Assembly: GCA_963812015.1 (NCBI GenBank)
Contig: CAWETI010000002.1
Location: 96,001 to 160,000 of the forward strand
Origin: an uncultured delta proteobacterium
GTDB lineage: Bacteria > Desulfobacterota > Desulfobaccia > Desulfobaccales > 0-14-0-80-60-11
Reading direction: 5' to 3'
DNA: 64,000 nt
A program made the translations under genes and the position numbers. Each line of letters begins with the position of its first letter. Positions within the stretch are counted from its first letter, which is position 1. Positions 10,199 through 19,248 of the stretch are shown piece by piece. Below the pieces are notes generated by a model, which was not told where the DNA came from, ran no database searches, and saw nothing but the letters and a program-made list of their open reading frames with translations.

Positions 10199-11077
10199 CC
10201 CCCCCCAAAGCTGATTCTGCTATGCAGTCCATATCTGCAGCTTCTGCTATCCCGATGATAATTGAGGTATTTGGCAAGCTATCGATGCTCGGGCTTGGGC
10301 TCACATCCTATTCTGATGCCGTGGGGAAGGGTAGGAAAATCAGAAGATAGAATTAGGGAATTCCTTATTATAATTTTATCATGATAAGTTACAATTTACC
10401 ATCTCAAGAGCGGAATAAAAAGGTAGGGCGGGAAACAATGGCCAGGAGGCTCAGATCTCTGGGATTCGCCCGGTCTTTGGTCTTGGTCGCTTATCCCCTC
10501 GTGGCCGCGGGGACCAAAATTCAAGATAGCGCCTCGGCCAAATCTGCCCTACCTGGCCAAGTTACCCCGGCTCCCTCAACTCCAACTGCTCCAAATACCC
10601 CCCACACCGCGGCTTTCCGTGGGGGTAGAGCACGTTTCCCCGGCAGGTATTCTGGTGGCCACCAGCGACCAGGAGAAAACCTTTGCTCCTGATATTAAGT
10701 AAGAACGAGCATTTTCCCCAAGGTTAAGGGCAGGGATACCAATGTGAAGGCAAAGGCCTTTACCCCCCGTGGCCCCACCCTGGCGGCTGACCTGCCTCCA
10801 AGAGCGTTATCCGGCCCTGTCGGGATAAAAGTTATCCCAGGCCGGTTCTAACCTGTAGGCCCTTCAAAAGATCCGGAGCACCTCCGGGCTCCTGGAGTCG
10901 AGGCCGACGTGCCCCTGGACCCGGAACGCCTGAAGAGGCCAGGCGCATCGCCGGAAAGGAGGCCAGCCCGAAACTAGAAATCACCTTCATCCCGATTATC
11001 CATTGATTCTGGTCTGACCCCACCTTCACCCCTTGCTAGACGTGCGGGGGAGCCACCCCGCCGGTCAAGGAGGTCTG

Positions 11078-14000
11078 ATGCCTGAGACAAATCCGCCAAG
11101 ACTACTGATCAAGATGCCGCCCGCGGTGAGGGAGGCCCTGGCGGGCCAACCCTTGCGGCTGGCGGGCCATACCTTCCAGCTGCCTGTCTTGTGCCCCAAC
11201 GAAACTCTGGGGGCCCTGGCCACGGCCGCACCTGCCCCCAGGTGGTACGTAGCCGAAGGGCCGCCCGGAGCGGTTACGGTAGCTGAACTCTGGGAGTTGG
11301 CCCACCAGGCCCTGGCTGCCGAAGGCACCCCCCTGGCCGCGGCCGGCGTCTATATCGAGCCGGACCTGCTGCACCCCTGGTTTTACGATAATCCCTGCCG
11401 CACCGCCGGGCTTGGGGCCGCCCCGGTCGACACCTGCGTTTACAACCGCCAGGCCGCCGATTTGCCCCAAGGACCCGGGTTCGCCTGGCATTTGGGCCAG
11501 GATTTTTCCCAGCTCAGGGAGGCCCGGGACCAGGTAGCCGCCGCCGACCGGGCGTCGGTGCGCCTTGGCATCATGGACGTGGGCTTCGACTTTTCCCATC
11601 GAGCTATGCCGGAGGCATCGCAACTGCTGGTTGACCTGCAGCGCAACTTCGTGGACGATGGCCAATCGCCGAAGGACGCCTCCGATCCTTATCCAAGGGG
11701 GCTGTTCAAGAATCCCGGGCACGGCACCGCCACCATCGCCATTCTGGCCGGCGGCCGCTTGATCGGCATGGCCCCGCCCGCGGATACCAACGACTACCTG
11801 GGCGGGGCGCCTTTGGCCAAGGTCATCCCGGTGCGCATCGCCAGTTCGGTGATCCTGCTCTACACCAGCGCCTTTGTCAAAGGTCTGGACTACCTTATCG
11901 CCCCTTACCAAGACCCCGCTGACACCGGCGACCGGGATCAGGGCGCCGACGTGATCTCCATGAGCATGGGGGGGCTGGCCTCCAAGGCCTGGGCCGATGT
12001 GGTGAACCGGGCCTACGAGGCCGGGATTTGCCTGGTGACCGCGGCGGGCAATAACTTTTTCGGGACCCCGCAAACCATCGTCTATCCGGCGCGTTTTAAG
12101 CGCGTCATCGCCGCCTGCGGCATCATGGCCGATGGAAACCCGTATATTCGCGACAAGGTGCCGTCCCTTCGCATGGCCGGCAACTACGGGCCGGACAGCA
12201 AGATGGACACGGCCCTGGCGGCCTATACCCCGAATATGACCTGGGCCGAGATCAACTGCCCGACCATTGTCGATATGGACGGCGCCGGGACCTCTGCGGC
12301 CACCCCTCAGGTGGCGGCCGCCGCGGCCCTCTGGTTGCAAAAATACAAGGCTCAACTCCTGAGCCGGGCCCCTTGGGAGCGGGTCGAGGCCGTGCGCCAG
12401 GCCCTATTCGCCAGCGCTAGGAAGACCGACCCCGATTGCCGGAAGTACTTCGGTCAGGGCGTCCTCCAGGCGGCCGCGGCGCTGGCGGTGCAGCCCGCGG
12501 CGAAACTCACCACGACCCCGGCCGACCAGGTTTCCCTGCCGTTTCTGAGCGTCCTCACCGGGGTGGGGGTGGCCGGGGCCCCCGGCACCGAGATGCTGGA
12601 GGTCGAAGCGCTTCAGCTTCTCCAACGGGATCGGTTGATAGAAAAGACCATCAAAGATCCCGAGCTACCGGAGATCAAGAGGAAGGAGATCAAGGACTTC
12701 ATGGAGGCGTCCATCGCCAGTGAGCTGGCTTCCTCCACCTTGAAGAACTATTTTAAGGAGGTCTATATGAACAATTTCGCCAACGTCTCGTTGCCGCAAC
12801 AACATTCCCAATCACCGCCCCCGATAACCGAAAGAAAGGTCCACACTCCTCGTCCGGTGTGCCGGCGGTTGCGCGGTTTTGCCTTCGATCCGGAGATGTC
12901 CACCCGCCTGGAAACCGCCCGCATCAACTCGGTGGTGTTTGAGGTCCCCTGGGAAATGGGCCTCAAGCTCGGTCCCTCCGGTGAATATGTGGAGGTGATC
13001 GATCATGATCCGGCCAGCGGCTGTTTTTATGCTCCGGTGGATTTAAACAATCAGTTCCTCCTGGCAGCTGACGGGCTCTCACCTTCCGAGGGTGACCCCA
13101 AATTCCATCAACAAATGGTCTATGCCGTGTCCATGCGCACCATCAATAATTTCGAGATCGCCCTGGGCCGCAAGGCCTTGTGGTCCCCAAAGATGCTCGA
13201 CAAGGATGACCACCTATACGTTCAAAAGTTGAGAATTTATCCACACGCCCTACGAGAACGCAATGCCTACTATGACCCGGAGAAGAAGGCCCTGCTGTTC
13301 GGCTACTTCCCCGCCACTGCCGCCGATCCGGGGCAGCAGTATCCCGGCGGCATGGTCTTCACTTGCCTGTCGCACGACATCGTGGCCCACGAAACCACCC
13401 ATGCCCTGCTGGACGGCATGCACCGGAATTTCATCCAGCCAAGCAATGAGGACCAACTGGCTTTTCACGAAGCCTTTGCCGACATTGTGGCCCTGTTCCA
13501 GCACTTCTCCATGCCGGAGGTGTTGCGGCACCAAATCGCCAAAACCAGAGGCGACATGCGGACCCGGAACCTGTTGGGCGAATTGGCCCAGCAGTTCGGC
13601 CAAGCCACCGGCATGCGCGGCGCCTTACGCAGCGCCATCGGCCAGACGGACCCCAAAACCGGCCAGTGGAGTCCGCTAATCCCTGACCCCGCGCTTTATG
13701 TGACGGCAACCGAACCTCACGCTCGTGGAGCCTTGTTGGTAGCCGCGGTATTTGACGCCTTTATGTCGATCTACGAGATCCGGACCGCCGACCTTTTGCG
13801 CCTGGCCACCTCTGGGACGGGCGTCCTGCCCGGCGGCGCCATTCACCCCGACCTGGTGGGGCGCTTAAGTGAAGAGGCTGCCATGGTTTCCCAGCATGTG
13901 CTGAATATATGCATCCGGGCCCTGGATTATTGTCCGCCGGTGGATTTGACCTTCGGGGATTATTTGCGGGCCCTGATCACTGCGGACTACGATTTAGTGC

Positions 14001-14692
14001 CGGACGATCCGTACGGCTACCGAATCGCCTTTGTCGAAGCCTTCCGCCGCTGGGGCATTTACCCCCGGGACTTGAGGAGCCTGTCCGTCGACGCCTTGTT
14101 GTGGCGTCCAGCCTGGGAGGATCTGGAAGGTGACGATAAAGAGTCGGACCCGCTCCACCCCATATTGCTCAATTTGCGCGCCTTTGCCGAAGAATTCCGC
14201 TATCTCGAGTCCAGGAAAGAGATGTTCCGCCGCACCCGGGAATGGCGCAGAAAAGTGCATGGGGACCTGAAGCGTCTCTTCAAAAGCATTTCCAGAGATC
14301 AATGGAAACAACAAAAGCTCATGTCCGCCCTGGGGCTCGATCTGAAAGAGCCTTTTGAGGTGCACGCCCTGCGGGTATCAGACCGACAGGGTCCCGATAC
14401 CGAGCCTCGTCCCCCCAAAATTCTGCTGTCTTTGGTGCAGGAGCGCCAGGTGCCGGGTGATGCCGACGGGGGCGGTCAACCCTTCGTGTACAGCGCCGGC
14501 TGTACGATTATTGCCGACCAGCGGCAGGCCGCAGTCGATTACTACGTGAGCAAGAGCATATTCAGCGAGGGGAGGCTCGCTCGCCAGCGAACCTTCAATG
14601 CTACCTCAAGCCAACCTTTGGCCGCGCTTTACTTCGGCGCCAGCCCACTGACCGGTATGGCCCAGCGTTTTGCCATGCTGCATGCAGACTAG
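11078..14692 (+). CDS. S8 subtilase fused to a thermolysin/gluzincin-like (M4-like) metallopeptidase
   Basis: S8 triad IMDVG / GHGT / GTSAATP with oxyanion AAGN. C-terminal half has NAYYD, VAHETTH (HExxH), FHEAFAD (third ligand) and EPHARG. AAGGAGG RBS before ATG 11078. No signal peptide apparent. Confidence 0.85.
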   Translation: MPETNPPRLLIKMPPAVREALAGQPLRLAGHTFQLPVLCPNETLGALATAAPAPRWYVAEGPPGAVTVAELWELAHQALAAEGTPLAAAGVYIEPDLLHPWFYDNPCRTAGLGAAPVDTCVYNRQAADLPQGPGFAWHLGQDFSQLREARDQVAAADRASVRLGIMDVGFDFSHRAMPEASQLLVDLQRNFVDDGQSPKDASDPYPRGLFKNPGHGTATIAILAGGRLIGMAPPADTNDYLGGAPLAKVIPVRIASSVILLYTSAFVKGLDYLIAPYQDPADTGDRDQGADVISMSMGGLASKAWADVVNRAYEAGICLVTAAGNNFFGTPQTIVYPARFKRVIAACGIMADGNPYIRDKVPSLRMAGNYGPDSKMDTALAAYTPNMTWAEINCPTIVDMDGAGTSAATPQVAAAAALWLQKYKAQLLSRAPWERVEAVRQALFASARKTDPDCRKYFGQGVLQAAAALAVQPAAKLTTTPADQVSLPFLSVLTGVGVAGAPGTEMLEVEALQLLQRDRLIEKTIKDPELPEIKRKEIKDFMEASIASELASSTLKNYFKEVYMNNFANVSLPQQHSQSPPPITERKVHTPRPVCRRLRGFAFDPEMSTRLETARINSVVFEVPWEMGLKLGPSGEYVEVIDHDPASGCFYAPVDLNNQFLLAADGLSPSEGDPKFHQQMVYAVSMRTINNFEIALGRKALWSPKMLDKDDHLYVQKLRIYPHALRERNAYYDPEKKALLFGYFPATAADPGQQYPGGMVFTCLSHDIVAHETTHALLDGMHRNFIQPSNEDQLAFHEAFADIVALFQHFSMPEVLRHQIAKTRGDMRTRNLLGELAQQFGQATGMRGALRSAIGQTDPKTGQWSPLIPDPALYVTATEPHARGALLVAAVFDAFMSIYEIRTADLLRLATSGTGVLPGGAIHPDLVGRLSEEAAMVSQHVLNICIRALDYCPPVDLTFGDYLRALITADYDLVPDDPYGYRIAFVEAFRRWGIYPRDLRSLSVDALLWRPAWEDLEGDDKESDPLHPILLNLRAFAEEFRYLESRKEMFRRTREWRRKVHGDLKRLFKSISRDQWKQQKLMSALGLDLKEPFEVHALRVSDRQGPDTEPRPPKILLSLVQERQVPGDADGGGQPFVYSAGCTIIADQRQAAVDYYVSKSIFSEGRLARQRTFNATSSQPLAALYFGASPLTGMAQRFAMLHAD
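12755..12769 (+). promoter_or_regulatory. in-frame internal RBS + ATG between the S8 and metallopeptidase halves
   Basis: AAGGAGGTCTATATG, nearly identical to AAGGAGGTCTGATG at the main start and in the same frame. Confidence 0.5.
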
Positions 14693-14706
14693 GGAGGATA
14701 ATTGCG

Positions 14707-16161
14707 ATGCCTGAGACTGTGTCCTATCAAGTTCCCGCCGGGAGCAAGGTTCGTATCCGGATGTATCGCCAGGGGCTGGGCGATTGTTTCCTCCTCACCT
14801 TTTACGACAATAACGGACCCAATCATATCCTCATCGACTGCGGCGTCTTGCTTGGTACTCCGAACGGCAGTCAGAAAATTCTCCAGGTGGCTCAAGACAT
14901 TGCCACGGAAACCAATGGCAAACTTAAGGCCCTAGTGGCGACCCATGAACATTGGGATCATATCTCCGGGTTTTTCGACGCCGCCGAGGTTTTCGATCCC
15001 TTCGATATCGGGGAAATCTGGGTAGCCTGGACAGAGGACCCCAGCAACCCGACAGCCAAGAGCCTAAAGCGCCAGAATAGCCTCAAGCTTCAGGCCATCC
15101 ATCTGGCCCTGGCCCAACTGGCCGAGACCGGCGAGCCCCAGTTCCAGGCCTACGGGCAAGGGGTGGCAGGACTGCTCGCTTTCTTCGGGGGTCCGGCTGC
15201 AGGTGCCACCCTGGCCGCTTTCTCGGATAAAACCTCCCAGGCGATGGCCAAAGTGACGCAACGCCATCCGGTTCCCACCTATTGCAAGCCCGGTGATGTG
15301 ATCCGGCGTGATTGGCTGCCGGGCGTGGGGATCTATGTCATGGGGCCGCCGGAAGACCCGGCTATGCTCCATCTGATGGAAGGCCCGGTGGGCAAAGACA
15401 TGTACGGTCTGACCGGGGCCGACAGCGCCTTTGCCGCAGCCCTGGAAGCGTCGGCACTCGCCGCCATGGGGGAGGAGGCGGATCCAATCAGCGCCGGACT
15501 CATTGATGCGGCCCTGCCCTTCAATGCTTCTTTGCAATGGCACGATAAGCCAGGAAAAAATAGGATTCTGGAGGACCCACAGTTCGGACCACTCTATAAG
15601 TCGTATATGGCTGACGACGCCAGTTGGCGGCGCATCGATCAGGACTGGCTTCTTTCAATGGCCCGGCTGGGGCTCCAGTTGGACAACGCCACCAACAACA
15701 CCAGCCTGGTTCTGGCCTTCGAGTTCAGCGACACTAAGGAAGTCCTGTTGTTCGCCGCCGACGCCCAGATCGGCAATTGGAAGTCCTGGTTTACCATTAA
15801 GGCATTTGATGCCGCCGATCTCATGCGGCGCACCGTATTCTACAAGGTGGGACATCACGGCAGCCACAACGCCACCCTGAAGGAAGGCGGCCTGGAGGCC
15901 ATGACCACGCCGGGGTTGGTGGCCGCCATCCCGGTGGACGAGAATTTCGCCAACAACGTCAAGCACTGGCCGATGCCGGCGAAGCCGCTTTATGCCCGCT
16001 TGCAGGATTTGACCCGGGGCCGCATCTTGCGCGCCGATAAGACTTGGCCCAGCGACGCCGATCAACCCCCGCCGGGTCTATCGACCGAGGATTGGCGGGA
16101 CTTTACCGGAATGGTCCAACTGGCCCCGGATGGCTTGTTCATCGATTTCTATATGAAATAG
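14707..16161 (+). CDS. ComEC/Rec2-type metallo-beta-lactamase-fold hydrolase
   Basis: GLGDCFLL, LIDCG, THEHWDH, NNTSLV, LLFAADAQ and KVGHHGSHN. No TM segments. Confidence 0.85.
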   Translation: MPETVSYQVPAGSKVRIRMYRQGLGDCFLLTFYDNNGPNHILIDCGVLLGTPNGSQKILQVAQDIATETNGKLKALVATHEHWDHISGFFDAAEVFDPFDIGEIWVAWTEDPSNPTAKSLKRQNSLKLQAIHLALAQLAETGEPQFQAYGQGVAGLLAFFGGPAAGATLAAFSDKTSQAMAKVTQRHPVPTYCKPGDVIRRDWLPGVGIYVMGPPEDPAMLHLMEGPVGKDMYGLTGADSAFAAALEASALAAMGEEADPISAGLIDAALPFNASLQWHDKPGKNRILEDPQFGPLYKSYMADDASWRRIDQDWLLSMARLGLQLDNATNNTSLVLAFEFSDTKEVLLFAADAQIGNWKSWFTIKAFDAADLMRRTVFYKVGHHGSHNATLKEGGLEAMTTPGLVAAIPVDENFANNVKHWPMPAKPLYARLQDLTRGRILRADKTWPSDADQPPPGLSTEDWRDFTGMVQLAPDGLFIDFYMK

Positions 16162-16303
16162 AGGATGTTGGCGCCTAATGGACCTGTGGTCCAGGCCCAC
16201 TCATGGGGTGCTTGCCGTCCTTAAAGAGAGTACAGGTCAATACCAGAAGAACACCAGATAGTTTTCTCCAATCGCGGCTATTAACACATAGGAGGATCGC
16301 TTT

Positions 16304-18013
16304 ATGCCCAACGCTGACGACATCCTTTGGCTTAAGAAGCAGTTTCACCGGCAGATTAAAGCTGCGGTGAAAGACACCCCATTTAGCCTCGACATGCTCA
16401 CCGCAATCGCTTGCCAGGAGTCGGGTGAAATCTGGCCAATCCTTCGTAAAAAACCACTAAGCCTCGGGCAATTGCTGGAGTTGTGCGTTGGCGACACCAT
16501 TGACACAAGTGGTGGGCGCCAAGCGTTTCCGAAAACCAAGAGCGATTTGTTGGCCAAGCCGAAGGGAGAGCAGATGTTTGCTATCGCTCGGCAAGCCCTG
16601 GTGGACATGGCCCATTACATCAAGGGCTACCAGGCGGCAGCGGCAAACCCGGAAAAATTTTGCCATGGTTTCGGCATCTTCCAATACGACCTGCAGTTCT
16701 TCCTGGAGGACCCGGACTATTTCCTCCAAAAGCGCTACGCCGACTTTGATGCGTCCCTTGGGAAATGCATTGGAGAACTTCATAATGCCATGAAGCGGAT
16801 CCACTGGGATAACAAGACCACGCTCACGGATTATGAGATGGCGTGCGTGGCCATTGCCTACAATACTGGCGGCTTCAAGCCGGGCAGGGGACTGCAGCAA
16901 GGCTACAGACCCCCTGGGGGCAAGTACTACGGGGAAGAAATCTTTGCTTTGCTGCGTTTGTCAAAGACGGTGGCGCTGCCGGGCGCTGGCCCGGCGGCGC
17001 TATCCGCTCCCCAGCCTGGAAACGCGGCGGTACCGCCACCCACGCCGGTGGAGGCTACCGGGCCGTTTTACGAGGTGGATGTCCGCCAGGCACCCTTGCG
17101 CTTGCGCCGCGAGCCGCAGATTGACGCGAATGATCCGAACGCCAACGTGATGGCGCTGCTGCCTGACGGCCAGCCCGTGCGGGCCGTCAAGAACCGAGAG
17201 GTCAATGGCTTCCTGGAGGTGGAGACGAGCTTGTGGGGCGCACACCACCGCGGCTTTGCCTCCGCTCGGTATCTTAAGCCTGCTCCGGGCGGGGCCAAGG
17301 TGCCGATAGTAACACCGGCGCCGGCGCCGCCAAGCCGCGGCATCGTCGCGGTCTACATGCCAAGTCAGCCGGGGGTAGTGACCAGGCGTACCGACCCCCC
17401 CGACGCACATTCACTCAACGAACCGAACCAGCCGGGCCGCAGGGGCGCCACCCCTGACGATCTCCGCGCCGAGCTGGCGGCGATTATCGATTGGCTGGCG
17501 GTAGACGACGCCACCCACAGGCGCTACCAACCTGGTAAGAATACTTATTGCAACATCTATGCGCATGACTATTGCTATCTGGCCGGCGCTTATCTGCCTA
17601 GGGTATGGTGGACGCCGGGGGCCATCGAGAAGCTGGCCCAAGGGAAAGACGTTCAACCGTTTTTAGAAAACACCATAGACGAGCAGCGCGCCAATGACCT
17701 CTTCCGCTGGCTGCGCGACTTTGGCCCGCGCTTCGGTTGGCAGGGGACTGGCACCGTGAGCAAGCTGCAACTGGAGGTCAACCAGGGGGCGATCGGCCTC
17801 ATCGTCGCTCGACGCAAGGAGGACGGGAGGCCAGGCCATATCGTCGCGGTGGTGCCTGAGACCGATAATCACCGGGCGCGGCGCGACGCCGCCGGGGAGG
17901 TGATCGCACCGCTGCAAAGCCAGGCTGGATCGACTAATTTCCGTTACGGGACCAGACTCAACTGGTGGAGGGATGACCGATTTGCCGACAGCGCTTTTTG
18001 GCTGCACTCCTGA
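16304..18013 (+). CDS. putative peptidoglycan hydrolase: lysozyme-like domain + SH3b + CHAP/NlpC-like amidase domain
   Basis: IACQESG...GFGIFQYD...AYNTG (lysozyme/SLT motifs), LRLRREP...LPDGQPV...GFASARYL (SH3b) and TYCNIY...GHIVAV...QAG (Cys/His amidase). Pro-rich linkers. Confidence 0.65.
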   Translation: MPNADDILWLKKQFHRQIKAAVKDTPFSLDMLTAIACQESGEIWPILRKKPLSLGQLLELCVGDTIDTSGGRQAFPKTKSDLLAKPKGEQMFAIARQALVDMAHYIKGYQAAAANPEKFCHGFGIFQYDLQFFLEDPDYFLQKRYADFDASLGKCIGELHNAMKRIHWDNKTTLTDYEMACVAIAYNTGGFKPGRGLQQGYRPPGGKYYGEEIFALLRLSKTVALPGAGPAALSAPQPGNAAVPPPTPVEATGPFYEVDVRQAPLRLRREPQIDANDPNANVMALLPDGQPVRAVKNREVNGFLEVETSLWGAHHRGFASARYLKPAPGGAKVPIVTPAPAPPSRGIVAVYMPSQPGVVTRRTDPPDAHSLNEPNQPGRRGATPDDLRAELAAIIDWLAVDDATHRRYQPGKNTYCNIYAHDYCYLAGAYLPRVWWTPGAIEKLAQGKDVQPFLENTIDEQRANDLFRWLRDFGPRFGWQGTGTVSKLQLEVNQGAIGLIVARRKEDGRPGHIVAVVPETDNHRARRDAAGEVIAPLQSQAGSTNFRYGTRLNWWRDDRFADSAFWLHS

Positions 18014-18205
18014 TTTGGTCCGGAGGGTAACAAACCCCCCACGCGGAGTCTGGGATCCTGATCAGGTTTATCTTAGGAAAGACTTAAAGAAGCGGTTCAG
18101 AGGATAAATTCTAAAATGAGTTAGGGGCCGGTTAATCCAGGTTAATTTCCCGGATTCTTTTGAGCCAGGCTGTCGGCAAATTGCAGTCACAGGCAAGGAG
18201 GAACA

Positions 18206-19054
18206 ATGAAGACCACTGCTGCCCTGTTAGGAGCCTTTCTTGGTTGCTGGTTCATTTTTTGCCCGGTCCCGGGGTGGGCTCAAGCCCCGGAGGTTCCGAA
18301 GGCTACCGCACCAAGCCAACCAATTACTGAGCCCGCTACGAGTACCCCTGCGCCGAGTCCGCCAGCCAAACCCGGTGCATCGGCCCAGCCGGTGGCAGTC
18401 CCTCCCGGGGGGCCAGTCCCGCCGTCGCCAGCCTCTCCCGGGGGGGCAGCCCAGCCGGCGTCAGTTACTTCCCTGGAACCTTCGAAAGCCTTAAATGCAG
18501 CTGCTCTGGCCAAGGGGCTGGACTGGAACCTGATCTTGGTTCTGCTCCTAACTTTCGTTACGGGTGGGATGGGGGGCATCGTTTATGAGTTGCTCATCCT
18601 CCAGGGCAATATCGAATTGCCCCATAAACCTGACCAGGATGAGATAACTGAAAAGTTTCCCTACGCCATCCCCAAATTTCTATTTGATCTGGGGATTTTT
18701 GCCCGGGTTATTATCGGGGCCGCCGCGGCATTGGCCGCGCTTCTGGTCTTGACGCCAACTACAGCCACAACCTTGCTGGCAACTTCCTTAGTCGCGGGTT
18801 CCGCAGGCACCTCGGTATTCCGCTCCATCCAGGACCGGCTGTTGGCGGCTCTGGCTCAAAAGGACGCGGCCAATAAGGGGACCCAGCTGACCAAAATGAA
18901 CACCATTAACACCCAGGCCCTTGAAAAACTAAGCAGGCTCAAGACTGCTGCTGTCCCCCCCGCTACCGGAGGCAAAGGGCTCACCGGCGTCGGCCTAGAT
19001 GACCTGGATGAGATCGAAAAATTGCTGAGTGAGGCCAAGGGGCTGGGCGCCTAG
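18206..19054 (+). CDS. membrane protein: signal peptide, Pro-rich stalk, 3 TM helices, C-terminal helical tail
   Basis: Hydrophobic N-terminus ending GWA-Q, a P/A/S-rich region, and Gly-rich TM helices (GGMGG, IIGAAAA, LVAGSAG). Confidence 0.7.
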   Translation: MKTTAALLGAFLGCWFIFCPVPGWAQAPEVPKATAPSQPITEPATSTPAPSPPAKPGASAQPVAVPPGGPVPPSPASPGGAAQPASVTSLEPSKALNAAALAKGLDWNLILVLLLTFVTGGMGGIVYELLILQGNIELPHKPDQDEITEKFPYAIPKFLFDLGIFARVIIGAAAALAALLVLTPTTATTLLATSLVAGSAGTSVFRSIQDRLLAALAQKDAANKGTQLTKMNTINTQALEKLSRLKTAAVPPATGGKGLTGVGLDDLDEIEKLLSEAKGLGA

Positions 19055-19248
19055 CGGAACCTTGAATAAGCGCCGGCTACCGGAACTCTAACCGAAATGA
19101 CCGGCGTTTAACGCCTGCCCTCAAGCTATGGGAGGGATTTTAAGGCGGAATCTCGACAAGGGTTGCAAGATTAAGGACAGCCTCGGCTAAGGCTGTCAAA
19201 AATAAACCGGCCGCTAAGTTGGCGTAAAAACCGGCAAAGGAGCAGGGA

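Noticed and set aside
10200..11030. Small ORFs upstream of the protease cluster (10381-10692, 10832-11029)
   Set aside because: No motifs or convincing RBS. Cannot be supported as genes.
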